A stretch of DNA of 64,000 nucleotides from Patescibacteria group bacterium (GCA_034660175.1 JAYEIQ010000004.1:4152-68151); one strand, 5' to 3'. Shown: positions 49,815 to 60,700, counted from the stretch's first letter. Notes: generated from the letters alone by a model not told the origin. Program-made: numbers and translations.

Positions 49815-50477
49815 ATGAACAAAAAATTGTTGATTGTTGCTGTTTTGTGTGCGAGTGTTGGTTTTGCTGGTCTTGCACTTGCGGACAATGACACAAAAAA
49901 AACAAAAGAAGAAAGAAAAGAAGAAGTTAAACAGAAGATTGAAGAGAAAAAAGAAAAGATAGAAAAGAAGAAGGAAGAAAGAGTTGAAAAAAGAGAAGAA
50001 AAGAGAGAGAAACGTTGTGATAACATTGAAAAAAGGATTCAAACTAGGATCAATCGCTATGAAAACAACCATAGCCGACATGTGAAAATTTTGGACAAAT
50101 TAGAGGCAAGACTCTCAAAAGTTACAACATTTTTTGAAGGAAAAGAACTTGATGCTTCACAACTGAAAATTGACACAGCAATTCTCTCTACGATGATTGA
50201 CGATGTTGTGGTCACACACAAGATATTCATTGATAAGCTCAAAGAAACTAAGAACTATGTTTGTGGAGAATCTGAAGGAGATTTCAAGAGTCAACTTGGT
50301 GAGGCCAGAAAAGTTCTTCCAGAGGTCAAGAGGGGAATAGAAGAAATACGCACTTTCTATAAAGACACAATTCGACCGGAAATTTTGGATTTGCGAGCAC
50401 AACTTGAAGACGAAGATGACGACAATGACGATGACGATGACAATGACGATGACGATGACGATGAAAAAGGTGAATAA
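49815..50477 (+). CDS. secreted coiled-coil protein with poly-Asp tail
   Basis: signal peptide (ALA), K/E-rich helices, D-rich C-terminus. Confidence 0.78.
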   Translation: MNKKLLIVAVLCASVGFAGLALADNDTKKTKEERKEEVKQKIEEKKEKIEKKKEERVEKREEKREKRCDNIEKRIQTRINRYENNHSRHVKILDKLEARLSKVTTFFEGKELDASQLKIDTAILSTMIDDVVVTHKIFIDKLKETKNYVCGESEGDFKSQLGEARKVLPEVKRGIEEIRTFYKDTIRPEILDLRAQLEDEDDDNDDDDDNDDDDDDEKGE

Positions 50478-50513
50478 CGGTAATTAGAAAAATAAAAAAT
50501 AAATTTCAAAAAA

Positions 50514-50849
50514 ATGGAAGAAGAACTCTCAAAAACAAAAATAATTTTCGTAGCTGCAGTTGGGATAGTTTTTGTTGTGATGATAGGTCTTTTCATTGTT
50601 ACTATCACAAAGCAAAAGGTGCAACTAAATTCAACTGGAAATGAGATGCAAGATGTTTCTTCTGAAGCAAAAAGCGAGAATCTTGATTCAATAAAAATTG
50701 ACGAAATAGAATTCGAGGATCCTGGTGATGATGAGGTTGGAAAGGAGATCAAAGAGTTGGACGAGTTGATCAACAATACTAGACCAAGCGAACTCAGTGG
50801 TGATGATTTGTCAGATGATTTGGTTAGTGGAGAATTGGAACTTGAGTAG
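50514..50849 (+). CDS. small acidic membrane-anchored protein
   Basis: one TM plus D/E-rich tail; terminator hairpin at 50870-50897. Confidence 0.68.
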   Translation: MEEELSKTKIIFVAAVGIVFVVMIGLFIVTITKQKVQLNSTGNEMQDVSSEAKSENLDSIKIDEIEFEDPGDDEVGKEIKELDELINNTRPSELSGDDLSDDLVSGELELE

Positions 50850-50935
50850 TTTTCAGGAAAGTAGCTTATAAAATCCCGCGTTTGCGGGATTTTTTTTATT
50901 GGAGATGTTATAATGAAAAAAATTAACATATCAAA

Positions 50936-52885
50936 ATGCAAAATTCAAAGTGTCTAAAAAAGATTGAAAAATCCTTTCTGTTGTTGTTTGTTGGATTGTG
51001 TTTGGCTGGTTGTCTTTTCTCACTTCAAAAAGCGAAAGCTGTTGAAAATTTAGGGGCTTTTGAGATCAATGATTTTGTTGTCGATATTCACTTGGATGAA
51101 AAGGGTGTCATGATCGTGAGAGAGGAGATCGTTGTTGATTATTATGAACCAAGACATGGGATTTTCAGGAACATACCCATCAAATATCGAGATGATAAGG
51201 CTTTTTTGCACAATTTTCGATTCAAGTTGCTTTCTGTGACCAATAAAGATGGGAGCAAGTGGAAATACACCAAATACGGAGAAGAGGAAGACATGGTTAT
51301 AAAAATTGGAGATCCAAACAAAAAAGTAGACGGTAGACAGGTATATATTATTGAGTACAAAATAACTCGTGGGTTGAGATTTTTTGAGGATCATACAGAG
51401 ATCTATTGGAATCCAGTTGGTACTGGTTGGCCGACAACAATCGATCATGCAATCGCAAATGTGCACATTCCTGGAGATGTAGTTTTTGTTGATGATGATC
51501 TGATTTGTTTCACTGGTTCTTTTGGAAGCAAGAAACAAAATTGCACTCAAAAAGTGATAAGTGCAAATCATCTTCAGTTTGAAACAAGAGACAAGCTTGA
51601 GGCACATGAGGGATTGACTTTTGCTGTAAGGTTTCCGACAGAAATTGTGCAAAGACCTGGTCTTTGGATGAGAATTTTGTGGTTTGTGAGTGACAATTGG
51701 GGTTTCGCTATGCCCATTGTTGTTTTTGGCTTGATTTATGCTGTTTGGAAAAAAAGAGGCCAGGAACTGAATTTGCAAAAAACTACAATTGTTCAATATG
51801 AACCACCTGAGAACTTAACACCAGGTGAAGTGGCCTATTTGGTGAAGGAAAGATATTTAAATAACAGTGTTACTGCTGACATTGTGAATTTGGCAGTGAA
51901 AGGTTTTTTGAAAATCAATGAAATAGAAGACAACTCAACTATCGGAAAAATAAAAAAGAACACAAAGATCATCCCGATCATCATCAGTTTGGGTATTCTT
52001 GTGATGGCACTTTTCTTTGTTGTGTCTGCAATGTTTCTTGTAGGAGATGAAAGCAAGAGTCCACTTATTTTTTCAGTTGTTTTTATGAGTTTCTTTGTTT
52101 TCATAGCGTTTGCAAATTCTAAAAAATTCAAGAAGGTTATGACATCGTCTGAATATGAAGTCGAAAATATCAAAGATTGGAGAGGGGATTCGAATTTGAC
52201 AATTCATGAACAGATATTGATGAAAGGGATGTTTGGTAGCCAGGTTGGAAAAAAGGTCTTGGTAAAAAAAATGAAAAAATTTCACGAAAAAGTAACGGAT
52301 GCTCGGAAAAAGCTAAAAAAACAGATCAAAGAAAAGGGATATTTTGAAAACCACCTTCTCAACTCAAGGGTTGTTTGGATTTTACTGGGAATTGCTGTGG
52401 GTGTTGGAACTTTGATGTGTGGATCTGTATTTGAGCGTGTTGATATTGTCATAGGAGGTTTTCTGTCGTCTATAGTCTTGTTTATTTTTGGCGCAGTGAT
52501 GTCAAAAAAGACACACAAAGGAGCAGAGGCGTATCGTTGGGCAAAAGGATTTGAGGATTATATAAAGACAGCAGAACGTTATCGGGTTAAATTTCAGGAA
52601 GATGAGAAGATTTTCGAGAAAGTTTTGCCATACGCCATGGTTCTTGGTTTGGCAGACAAGTGGGCAAAGGCATTTGAAGGTATATATGAAAATAATCCTG
52701 ATTGGTATTCATCTTTGTCTGCGCAGGCATTTCATCCAGCGCTTTTTGCATCATCATTGAATGACAATTTTGGCTCTGCAACACAATCTGTTTCAAATCC
52801 TCCAAGCTCATCTTCGTCTGGATTCTCTGGTGGAGGTGGATCCTCTGGTGGCGGAGGTGGCGGAGGTGGAGGAGGAAGTTGGTAA
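50936..52885 (+). CDS. DUF2207-family membrane protein
   Basis: HGIFRNIP, EIYWN, YEPPENLTPGE, LPYAMVLG..KW, Gly/Ser tail ending GGGSW. Confidence 0.88.
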   Translation: MQNSKCLKKIEKSFLLLFVGLCLAGCLFSLQKAKAVENLGAFEINDFVVDIHLDEKGVMIVREEIVVDYYEPRHGIFRNIPIKYRDDKAFLHNFRFKLLSVTNKDGSKWKYTKYGEEEDMVIKIGDPNKKVDGRQVYIIEYKITRGLRFFEDHTEIYWNPVGTGWPTTIDHAIANVHIPGDVVFVDDDLICFTGSFGSKKQNCTQKVISANHLQFETRDKLEAHEGLTFAVRFPTEIVQRPGLWMRILWFVSDNWGFAMPIVVFGLIYAVWKKRGQELNLQKTTIVQYEPPENLTPGEVAYLVKERYLNNSVTADIVNLAVKGFLKINEIEDNSTIGKIKKNTKIIPIIISLGILVMALFFVVSAMFLVGDESKSPLIFSVVFMSFFVFIAFANSKKFKKVMTSSEYEVENIKDWRGDSNLTIHEQILMKGMFGSQVGKKVLVKKMKKFHEKVTDARKKLKKQIKEKGYFENHLLNSRVVWILLGIAVGVGTLMCGSVFERVDIVIGGFLSSIVLFIFGAVMSKKTHKGAEAYRWAKGFEDYIKTAERYRVKFQEDEKIFEKVLPYAMVLGLADKWAKAFEGIYENNPDWYSSLSAQAFHPALFASSLNDNFGSATQSVSNPPSSSSSGFSGGGGSSGGGGGGGGGGSW

Positions 52886-53254
52886 AGAGTTCTTTGTAAT
52901 TTACAAATCTTCAAATAAAGTGTATAAATAAAATTCAACTGAATCATTAACTATCATATGAGGAGATGACCATTGCTGAGCAGTGAGTTTTGATAAAAAC
53001 GGGGGATATTACTATTGTTAATGGTTTGTCAATTGACCAGTATAATTCTTGTGCTGATCAAATTATGGAAGCGAATTCATTCAAGACGAATGAAGATCTT
53101 GCTTCGGAGACAATTGTATCTTGGAAGGGGTGGCAACTATTTTATTGAGCAGCTTCTCCATGGTAGCAACACGAAGATCAGACTCGATCACAAAAAATTA
53201 CTCATTCTGATTTTGAATGAGTAATTTTTAATTGTGGAAAGCTGGATTTGTTGT

Positions 53255-54487
53255 TTATTGAGTTTCTTCTGTTTGTGGGGGTACAGTGGCAGCTTCAGCT
53301 TCTTTCTCCAGTCTTTCGTCACGTTTTTCAGCGTCTTCATGGCTGATTCTTTGGTCATGACCGAGAACGTGCATCCAAATCTGTCCTGGGACAAATTTGA
53401 TTTCTTCTCCGTTTTTGTCAAAGAATTGAAAGCGATTTTCCATTCCCTTATCACGTTTCCAGGTTCCTTCAATGTGTTGGCCGTTGATGAAAAAATCTGC
53501 CTCGTCTTGGTGCTTTCTGTCAAACCATGGGTCTCCCAATTGCATGTTGGGATATCCGTTGTTATCATTGAGACGATGTTGTTGGTCTATTCCTTCCCAT
53601 GGATCCCAAAAACCTTGGGACACGTAGTCAGTGTCTAGCAGCCAGGCATCTTTTTTGGTGATTATGGTAATCAGATTTTTCGGGGAGTGTTGTTGTTCGT
53701 TTGCATAGTCCACGCTTGGGTTTCCAAATAGATGTCTTTTGTATGAATTTGTTTGTTTGTCATATAGATACTCGGCAACATAACCGTCTTTGTTATATTT
53801 CACGCTTACTTTTGCATATTCTGGTCGTTGGTCGAGCGGAATGTCGTTTTGGTGTGGAAATTTCTTTGTTTGTGACTCCATTCGGTAGTTGTTTTTGCGA
53901 GCAACATTAATCAATTCTAGTGGATTGGAGGATGCGGATGACAAGTGACTCATTGGACCTTCTCGGCGAAAACAGGCAGGATATCCTCCTCCCGGAGCAA
54001 CCTCTCCATTGCAATCGATGTGGTCAATGACATCTTTTTTTAGGAGAGCTTTCCCCACACTGGAACCTCCCCAAGGGACAAAAATCGCATCAAGTGAGCC
54101 GGCAACGGAAATGTGATCTGTTCTACCAGAGCGCATTGGTCCAACGATCTGGGGAAGATTGCATTGAAATACTCCCATGATGCGTGGGATGCCGTGCACT
54201 GCGCGATGAGGCATTTCAAGCACAAAATCAGCGCTTGAAAGACCTGACATATAGGCATGGTCAATGTCTGAATACATTATTGCAAATGCTCTTTTGTTGT
54301 AGTTGTCGCAAGGAAGTGCTGTGATTGGTGAAGCGTCCTGTGGCCAATCAAACTTCTCTTGTTGCCTGATGGGATCTTGCTCGATGACGAGTTGTTTTTG
54401 TGGCTCTTTTCTATTCAACAAGAAAAGGGCAATGCATGTGATCAACAACAAAACGACAGCTGTAATAAGAAGCTTTTTGTTTTTCAT
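53255..54487 (-). CDS. DUF3048 (YerB-like) membrane-anchored protein
   Basis: SPITALP, GLSSADFVLE, VGPMRSGR, GTWKR, GEEIKFVPGQIW. Confidence 0.78.
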   Translation of the reverse strand: MKNKKLLITAVVLLLITCIALFLLNRKEPQKQLVIEQDPIRQQEKFDWPQDASPITALPCDNYNKRAFAIMYSDIDHAYMSGLSSADFVLEMPHRAVHGIPRIMGVFQCNLPQIVGPMRSGRTDHISVAGSLDAIFVPWGGSSVGKALLKKDVIDHIDCNGEVAPGGGYPACFRREGPMSHLSSASSNPLELINVARKNNYRMESQTKKFPHQNDIPLDQRPEYAKVSVKYNKDGYVAEYLYDKQTNSYKRHLFGNPSVDYANEQQHSPKNLITIITKKDAWLLDTDYVSQGFWDPWEGIDQQHRLNDNNGYPNMQLGDPWFDRKHQDEADFFINGQHIEGTWKRDKGMENRFQFFDKNGEEIKFVPGQIWMHVLGHDQRISHEDAEKRDERLEKEAEAATVPPQTEETQ

Positions 54488-54659
54488 TTTTTATTTCTCT
54501 TGATTTTTTTATTTGCGACTTGTTGAGTCGCTTAATTATTTTATTATATCAGAATTCATGATTGTTTGAAAAGGAACTTTTTTGTTGTATATTGAATATA
54601 GGCTTGTCGATAGCAATCAAACTCTTCAAGGACTATTATTTATTATTTTATGTTCAGCT

Positions 54660-55217
54660 ATGAAAGAAAAAAGAAAAAAACGCATTGTGCTCATTCCGTT
54701 TCTTTTGTTATTCACACTGCTTCTTTGTGGTTGTGACAGGAAGGGGATTGAAGCTGAAAACACCTTTCAAGTAGATGAGATCGAGAATAGGCAACAAGAG
54801 CTTTTCAATGTTCTGCATGTCGTTGATGGCGACACTTTTTCTGTGTGGATGAATGATAAAATCGAAACAGTGAGGGTGATCGGAATTGATTCACCAGAAA
54901 CAGGAGAAAAATATCGACGAAAGGAATGTTTTGGACGTGAGTCGACACAAATGGCAATTGAAGTTCTAAGTGACAAGAAAGTTTTATTGAAAACTGATTT
55001 GACTCAAGATGATCGTGACCAATATGACAGACTTTTGCGTCATGTTTTCTTAGAGGATGGAACAAACTATGGTTTGAAAATGATTGAAATTGGATTTGCT
55101 GAAGAGTTGACCTTCAAGGGCAGACAATATGAGCATCAGGATGAATATAAAAGCGCACAAGAAAAAGCAAAACAAGATAAACAGGGACTATGGGAGGTCT
55201 GTAAAAGTAAACAATAG
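54660..55217 (+). CDS. thermonuclease (SNase) family protein, lipoprotein-like
   Basis: VVDGDT, VRVIGIDSPE, DQYDRLLR, GLW; LLCGC. Confidence 0.92.
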   Translation: MKEKRKKRIVLIPFLLLFTLLLCGCDRKGIEAENTFQVDEIENRQQELFNVLHVVDGDTFSVWMNDKIETVRVIGIDSPETGEKYRRKECFGRESTQMAIEVLSDKKVLLKTDLTQDDRDQYDRLLRHVFLEDGTNYGLKMIEIGFAEELTFKGRQYEHQDEYKSAQEKAKQDKQGLWEVCKSKQ

Positions 55218-55431
55218 AAACACGAAGTGTTGCAAGATAGTTCAATTTTATATATTATTTTCTTTCATTACTTTTTTTGATAACCTCAAACTTTAACGGA
55301 GGCATTTATGAAAAGAGTTTATGGTGATTTCAAGAAGGGTGACACATCTTTTTTGCTGGTGGTGTGAAGTTGACCATTGTTTGGACCATGATTGTTTTTT
55401 GTTGATTACAGAAAATGCTCATTTTTGAGAA

Positions 55432-55635
55432 ATGAGAGTGTCTATGCTGTCAGCTAAGCAATTAGCAAAGAAAGAAGCGAAAGAAATAAAGGAGAGAAAA
55501 AGGCAACAGCAAATAAAAAAGGTCAACAGTGGAACAAAACGTGGTTATCCGATTTTTCTTGGTGGATGGAGCAGAAAGAACAAGACCAAGGATAAAGGCA
55601 AAAGAAAGCGAAGCAGGCGATGGTATGAAGTTTAA
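55432..55635 (+). CDS. small basic hypothetical protein
   Basis: 67-aa K/R-rich ORF; no motif recognised. Confidence 0.35.
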   Translation: MRVSMLSAKQLAKKEAKEIKERKRQQQIKKVNSGTKRGYPIFLGGWSRKNKTKDKGKRKRSRRWYEV

Positions 55636-55728
55636 ACATTTCTGTTATAAAGACCATATGGAAAGTCAGGATGGGTCAATTGACTATTTTCTAGACTTTT
55701 GTTTTTGGAAAAAGAATGATCTCTATTT

Positions 55729-55757
55729 TTGACAAGGCCCCAAATGTCCGATAAGAT
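55729..55757 (+). promoter_or_regulatory. proS promoter
   Basis: TTGACA-17-TAAGAT. Confidence 0.55.
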
Positions 55758-55882
55758 AGGGGAAGCTGAGGCTTTTTAGTCCATAGTTTTTTGGTTTCTT
55801 CGAGTATTATTGATTGGATTGAAATCAAAAAAGACAGGACTAGACTTTATTCAAAAATAAATTAAATATTGGAAACAAAAGG

Positions 55883-57583
55883 ATGAAACAGTCAAAATTG
55901 TTTGGAAAAACAACAAAAACAGTGTCAAAAGATTTGAAGGCACCAAGTCATAGATTTTTAATCCAAGGGGGTTTCATCGCAGAGTCTGTTGCTGGACGTT
56001 ACTATTTCTTGCCATTGGGAATGAAAGTTCGTGACAAAATTGTGAAGGTGATCGAAGATGCAATGAACAATTCTGGAGCTGAAAAGATGATCACTCCAGT
56101 GCTTCATCCACTTGAGCTTTGGCAGGAAACAAACAGAACAAGTACAGCAGGGTTTGAGCTTATGAGGCTGGAGGATAGAAGGGGTTCAGAATTTGCTCTT
56201 GGTGGAACCGCTGAAGAAATGATAGTTGACGTTGTTCGCAAATATAACATTAGCTATAAAGATCTGCCTTTTCATATCTATCAATTTTCTCAAAAATTTC
56301 GTGATGAGCTTCGTGCCCGAGGAGGGCTTTTGAGAGTGCGTGAATTTTTAATGAAAGATGGATATTCTTTTCATGTTGATGAGGAGGATTTCAAAAAAGA
56401 ATATGAAAAAATGAGGCAAGTTTATCTGGAGATCTTTGAGAAACTTGGAATGGATGCTTTTGTTGTTGAAGCGGACAACGGATATATTGGTGGAGATTAT
56501 TGTCATGAATTTGTTGTGGAATCTGAAAATGGTGAAAGTGTGTTCTTTGTTTCTGAGGACGGAAAATATGTTGCTCATGAGGATGTTGCAAAATTCAAGA
56601 GAGATGAAATAAATATCGATGAGCAAGAGAAAGAATTTGAGATCATCTCACAACCTGAGTGGGTCAAAACAATGGACGATGTCGCCAAGCACTATAAGCT
56701 TCCAACATCAAGATTTTTGAAAAACGTTGTATATAAGAACAGAGTCAGCGAAGAGATCGTGATTGCGACTATCAGGGGTGATTTGGAAGTCAACAAAACA
56801 AAATTGGAGCAGGTGTTGGATTGTGTTGGTGCTCTTGAGGAAGCGACGGCTGAGGATTTGGAAAAAATTGGAACAAAACCAGGATATGTTCATGCTTGGG
56901 GACATGAAAATTGCAAATATGTAGCCGATCTTTCACTTAAGACAGTCAAGAATTTCATTGGAGGACAAAAGGAAGAAAAAACAGATTCGATCAATGTGAA
57001 CTATGGTCGTGATTTTGAGCATGAAATAATTGATGACATTGCTTTGGCGAAGGATGGTTTTTTGACTGAAGATGGAAAACAAAAATTGACTCAGAAAAAA
57101 GGAATCGAGGTTGGAAACATTTTTCAACTTGGTCAGCACTACTCGTCAAAAATGAAAGCAACTTTTGTTGATGAGAAAGGTGAAGACAAGTTTTATTATA
57201 TGGGTTGTTATGGAATTGGAATTGGGCGGAACATGGCAACGGTTGTTGAGACGCATCACGACGAAAAGGGAATAGTGTGGCCTGAAGAAATTGCTCCTTT
57301 CAAAGTTCATATTGTTGAATTGGTAAGTGATGATGAAAATGTGAAAAAGACCGCACAGGACTTGTATGATGAATTGGTCGGTGTTGGAGTCGATGTGCTT
57401 TATGATGACAGAGCAGATCTCACTGCAGGTGAAAAGTTTGCAGACGCTGATCTCATTGGATGTTCATATCGAGTTGTGATCAGTGCAAAAACTCTTGAGA
57501 ATGAAAAGTTTGAATTGAAAAAGAGAAGTGAACAAGATGTGGAGATGTTGTCAAAAGAAGATCTCCTCAAAGTTCTAAAATAG
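55883..57583 (+). CDS. proS: proline--tRNA ligase with insertion (editing) domain
   Basis: KFRDELRARGGLLRVREF.MKDGYSF, GIEVGNIFQLG, MGCYGIG. Confidence 0.96.
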   Translation: MKQSKLFGKTTKTVSKDLKAPSHRFLIQGGFIAESVAGRYYFLPLGMKVRDKIVKVIEDAMNNSGAEKMITPVLHPLELWQETNRTSTAGFELMRLEDRRGSEFALGGTAEEMIVDVVRKYNISYKDLPFHIYQFSQKFRDELRARGGLLRVREFLMKDGYSFHVDEEDFKKEYEKMRQVYLEIFEKLGMDAFVVEADNGYIGGDYCHEFVVESENGESVFFVSEDGKYVAHEDVAKFKRDEINIDEQEKEFEIISQPEWVKTMDDVAKHYKLPTSRFLKNVVYKNRVSEEIVIATIRGDLEVNKTKLEQVLDCVGALEEATAEDLEKIGTKPGYVHAWGHENCKYVADLSLKTVKNFIGGQKEEKTDSINVNYGRDFEHEIIDDIALAKDGFLTEDGKQKLTQKKGIEVGNIFQLGQHYSSKMKATFVDEKGEDKFYYMGCYGIGIGRNMATVVETHHDEKGIVWPEEIAPFKVHIVELVSDDENVKKTAQDLYDELVGVGVDVLYDDRADLTAGEKFADADLIGCSYRVVISAKTLENEKFELKKRSEQDVEMLSKEDLLKVLK

Positions 57584-57652
57584 CTTCCAATTCTCCAACC
57601 AAAGAACATGTTATGTTCATATAAGCATATATGAAAGTGCGGAAAAAGGAAT

Positions 57653-57975
57653 ATGGCAAAGGTGATTACTCATGTTTCGGATGATGGCTATGAAATGTTG
57701 TGCAAGCAGAAAATTTTTTGGAACCTGGATGTGCGTGAAAAATATGAATTTGAGCAAGAGCGTATCAAAGGTGCAAAGCTGGTTCCAGCGACTCATTTTG
57801 ATGAAGAGTTCGAAAAATTGAAGGTGAAGAAAACTGACAAAATTGATCTCTATTGTCAAACTGTAAGCTGAAGTGTCTTCATTGCTGAAAAATTGAGAGG
57901 ACAAGGTTTCAAAAGTATTTTCAACTTGGAACTCGGAATTATTGACTGGACAGATCACAACAAAAGGCCATTTGA
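57653..57975 (+). pseudogene. single-domain rhodanese with an in-frame TGA
   Basis: LDVREKYEF..RIKGA, YCQTVS*S, then in frame GFKSIFNLELGIIDW; 3' end approximate. Confidence 0.75.
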
Positions 57976-58035
57976 TTTTTTTTGTACAAAGTTATGTGTT
58001 TGTTTTGAGCATGCTCCAAACAAAACTCAAAAAAC

Positions 58036-58514
58036 ATGGAAGAAGCAAAAAATACAAATTGTCATAATTGCAAATCCGAATTCACAATAGAATCGGAGGA
58101 TTTTGAATTCTACAAAAAGATCAATGTGCCAGCGCAGATATTTTGTCCGCTTACATAAAAGACGTTGAAGATTCAATTTTGAAAGAGATCATCGAATGTG
58201 CCAATGAATCAAATTGGTCGTGTCATGGGTCGGGTGTTTTCAGAATGATTCCATCAGAATTTGAATTTTATGAAAGGATGAATATTTCTTTGCCGAGAAT
58301 TTGTTCTGATTGTTGTCATGCAGAGCGAGTCAAGTAAAGAAACCCAATGAAACTGCAAAAAAGGAACTGCATGTGTGATCACAAAAATTATAAAAACAGA
58401 CAGTTACACTTTTACGGGAATAAGCAGTGCGAAAACACTCTTGAATCAACATATTCACCAGACAGTCTTGAGATCGTCTATTGTAAAAATTGCTATCAAA
58501 AGGAAACAGAATAG
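58036..58514 (+). pseudogene. internally deleted, frameshifted Zn-ribbon protein
   Basis: CHNCKSEFTIESEDFEFYKKINVP..FCP joined to IKDVEDSIL..EFEFYERMNISLPRICSDC..STYSPD..IVYCKNCY; stops and frameshifts. Confidence 0.65.
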
Positions 58515-58559
58515 TTTATTTATGAATTGTTTTAATATTACTATTAATTTCCCTTAAAC

Positions 58560-58772
58560 ATGGAAGAGCAAAGCGATATAAACAAAATGCAAAAACGAGC
58601 AATGGAGATTTGCAACAAATATGAAAAAATTGAGCTCAAATCATGGTCGGAGCACGAGATAGTAGATGTTTTTTGGTCTTCTCTGGTCCTTGCCAAAAAA
58701 CTATATGTCAATTTGAAAGAAAAGTTCTATCAAGCGATGAATGAGTTGGATGGGAAAATATCGAATAAATAA
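58560..58772 (+). pseudogene. probable truncated MazG-like NTP pyrophosphohydrolase
   Basis: EHEIVDVFWSSLVLA resembles the second MazG helix; the first acidic helix appears absent. Confidence 0.45.
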
Positions 58773-58794
58773 TTTTTGAAAAGAGGGAAAAATA

Positions 58795-59847
58795 ATGTTG
58801 AATAAAATATTTGGGAAAATTTCGAAAGATGTTGGTATAGACCTTGGTACAGCAAATACTCTTGTCTATGTGAAAGGCAAGGGAATTGTTATCAATGAGC
58901 CATCCGTTGTTGCTGTCAACAAAAGAACGGGACAGGTTTTGGCAATTGGCAAGGAAGCACGAAAGATGGTCGGCAAAACGCCTGGGCATATCATGGTGTC
59001 GCGTCCTCTTGTGGATGGTGTGGTTTCGGACTTTGAAACAACCGAGCAAATGTTGAAATACTTTATTGAGAAAGTTCATCGAGATTCATTTGCACTTTTG
59101 CCACGTCCAAGAGTAGTCGTGGGGATTCCATCAGGAGTCACGGAAGTTGAAAAGCGAGCAGTGGTTGATGCTACAATCAATGCTGGAGCAAGGCAAGCTT
59201 TTCTGATTGATGAACCAATGGCAGCAGCGATTGGGGCAAGACTTCCAGTTCAAGAACCGGCAGGAAACATGATTGTTGATATTGGTGGAGGAACAACTGA
59301 AGTTGCTGTAATCTCTTTGGGCGGTGTCGTGACAGCCAGAAGTCTTCGAATTGCAGGTGATGAAATGAATGAAGATGTGATCAGTTTTGCAAGAGACGAA
59401 TACAATCTTTTATTAGGTGAAAGGAGTGCAGAGGATATTAAAATTGCTATTGGCAGTGCATATCAATTGAATGAGAAACTTGACATGATGATCAGAGGAA
59501 GAGACCTGATCAGTGGTTTGCCAAAAGAATTGAAAGTGACAGACAAGGAAATTCGCACTGCACTTTCAAGATCTATCAAGATAATCATCAACAACATCAA
59601 AGCTGCAATCGAAGAAACACCTCCTGAGTTGATTGGAGACATCATGCAAAGCGGAATCATTCTTGCTGGTGGAGGAGGGTTAATCAGAGGACTTGATCGA
59701 CTGATTGCAGAACAAACAGAAATGCCAGTCAAGAGAATGGAAGATCCTTTGACCGCGGTTGTTAGGGGAACAGGAATTGTTTTGGAAGATCTTGATTCAA
59801 TGGTCGATGTTTTGATTGAATCAAGTGATGAGAAAAGATTGAGATAG
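58795..59847 (+). CDS. mreB: rod shape-determining protein MreB
   Basis: GIDLGTANT, EPSVVA, EPMAAAIGA, DIGGGTTEVA. Confidence 0.97.
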   Translation: MLNKIFGKISKDVGIDLGTANTLVYVKGKGIVINEPSVVAVNKRTGQVLAIGKEARKMVGKTPGHIMVSRPLVDGVVSDFETTEQMLKYFIEKVHRDSFALLPRPRVVVGIPSGVTEVEKRAVVDATINAGARQAFLIDEPMAAAIGARLPVQEPAGNMIVDIGGGTTEVAVISLGGVVTARSLRIAGDEMNEDVISFARDEYNLLLGERSAEDIKIAIGSAYQLNEKLDMMIRGRDLISGLPKELKVTDKEIRTALSRSIKIIINNIKAAIEETPPELIGDIMQSGIILAGGGGLIRGLDRLIAEQTEMPVKRMEDPLTAVVRGTGIVLEDLDSMVDVLIESSDEKRLR

Positions 59848-59869
59848 GAGTTATTCAAAAATAAAACAA

Positions 59870-60679
59870 ATGAAAACAACACCAAGAAAAAAAATTATTG
59901 TTTTGGCAGTCGTGGTCTTAGCTATGTTTTTATTTGCTTTTTTGTCTCGAGACAGACAGCAAAAGCCTTTTGTGGGTTTATTTCAGAGTGTAATCAAACC
60001 TTTTTCATGCTTTTTTTCAGCTGCTGGTGGTTGGACAGGTGAGAGAGTTTCATTTTTCGGATCGATTGGGGAGCTGAAAACTGACAATGAAAAACTTTTA
60101 GAAGAAAACATGAATCTCAAATCGCAATTGGCGAATTTTCAAGATGTGAAAAAAGAGAATGAGCAATTGAGAAAACAAATCGATCTTGCCCCTCGCGGTG
60201 AATATGATCTTGAAGCAGCAATTGTTATTGGGAAGGATCTGAGTGGTCAGACGGAATTTGTTTATATTGACAAGGGGAGTAAACATAGAATCAAAGAACA
60301 AATGGCAGTTATTGTTGGGGAAGGAACTTTGATTGGGAAAATTTCAAAAACATTTCCAACCACCTCTCAAGTTGAGCTTCTGTTTGGAAAAAACTCAAAA
60401 GTGAATGCTGAAATTGTTGAGTCGGGAGCAAAAGGTATTGTTCGTGGTCAATATGGAACCGCAGCTGTTCTTGACATGATTCCCCAAACGTTTGAAATTA
60501 ACAAAGGTGACTCTGTGATCACGTCTGGAGTTGGAAATTTGATGCCCAGAGGGTTGTTGATCGGATATACTCAAGATCCAGTTGCAACAGCAGATCAATT
60601 GTTTCAGCAGGCATCTCTCGTTTTCCCAGTACAGATTCAAACAATTAGAGTCGTTTGGGTTGTCAGAGGGGCGAAATAG
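59870..60679 (+). CDS. mreC: rod shape-determining protein MreC
   Basis: TM, coiled coil, IDKGS, GDSVITSG..PRGLLIG. Confidence 0.92.
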   Translation: MKTTPRKKIIVLAVVVLAMFLFAFLSRDRQQKPFVGLFQSVIKPFSCFFSAAGGWTGERVSFFGSIGELKTDNEKLLEENMNLKSQLANFQDVKKENEQLRKQIDLAPRGEYDLEAAIVIGKDLSGQTEFVYIDKGSKHRIKEQMAVIVGEGTLIGKISKTFPTTSQVELLFGKNSKVNAEIVESGAKGIVRGQYGTAAVLDMIPQTFEINKGDSVITSGVGNLMPRGLLIGYTQDPVATADQLFQQASLVFPVQIQTIRVVWVVRGAK

Positions 60680-60700
60680 TTTTCCAAAAAACTTTTTTAC

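Noticed and set aside
50409-50463. GAY-rich microsatellite as a phase-variation tract
   Set aside because: It is an in-frame triplet repeat coding a poly-Asp tail and cannot shift the frame.
51050-51796. Long antisense ORFs (also 43147-43782, 25205-25753, 22492-23031)
   Set aside because: They are shadows of well-supported genes on the opposite strand and carry no motifs.
52800-52882. GGN-rich low-complexity tract
   Set aside because: This is the normal Gly/Ser tail of DUF2207 proteins.
52950-53224. Short ORF fragments between the DUF2207 and DUF3048 genes
   Set aside because: Possibly a gene remnant, but there is no recognisable motif to support a call.
57869-57871. In-frame TGA in the rhodanese as selenocysteine or UGA=Gly recoding
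   Set aside because: It falls at the conserved Arg position (CGA to TGA), not the Cys. prfB is present, and TGA ends intact genes such as ftsE, rsmH and ugd.
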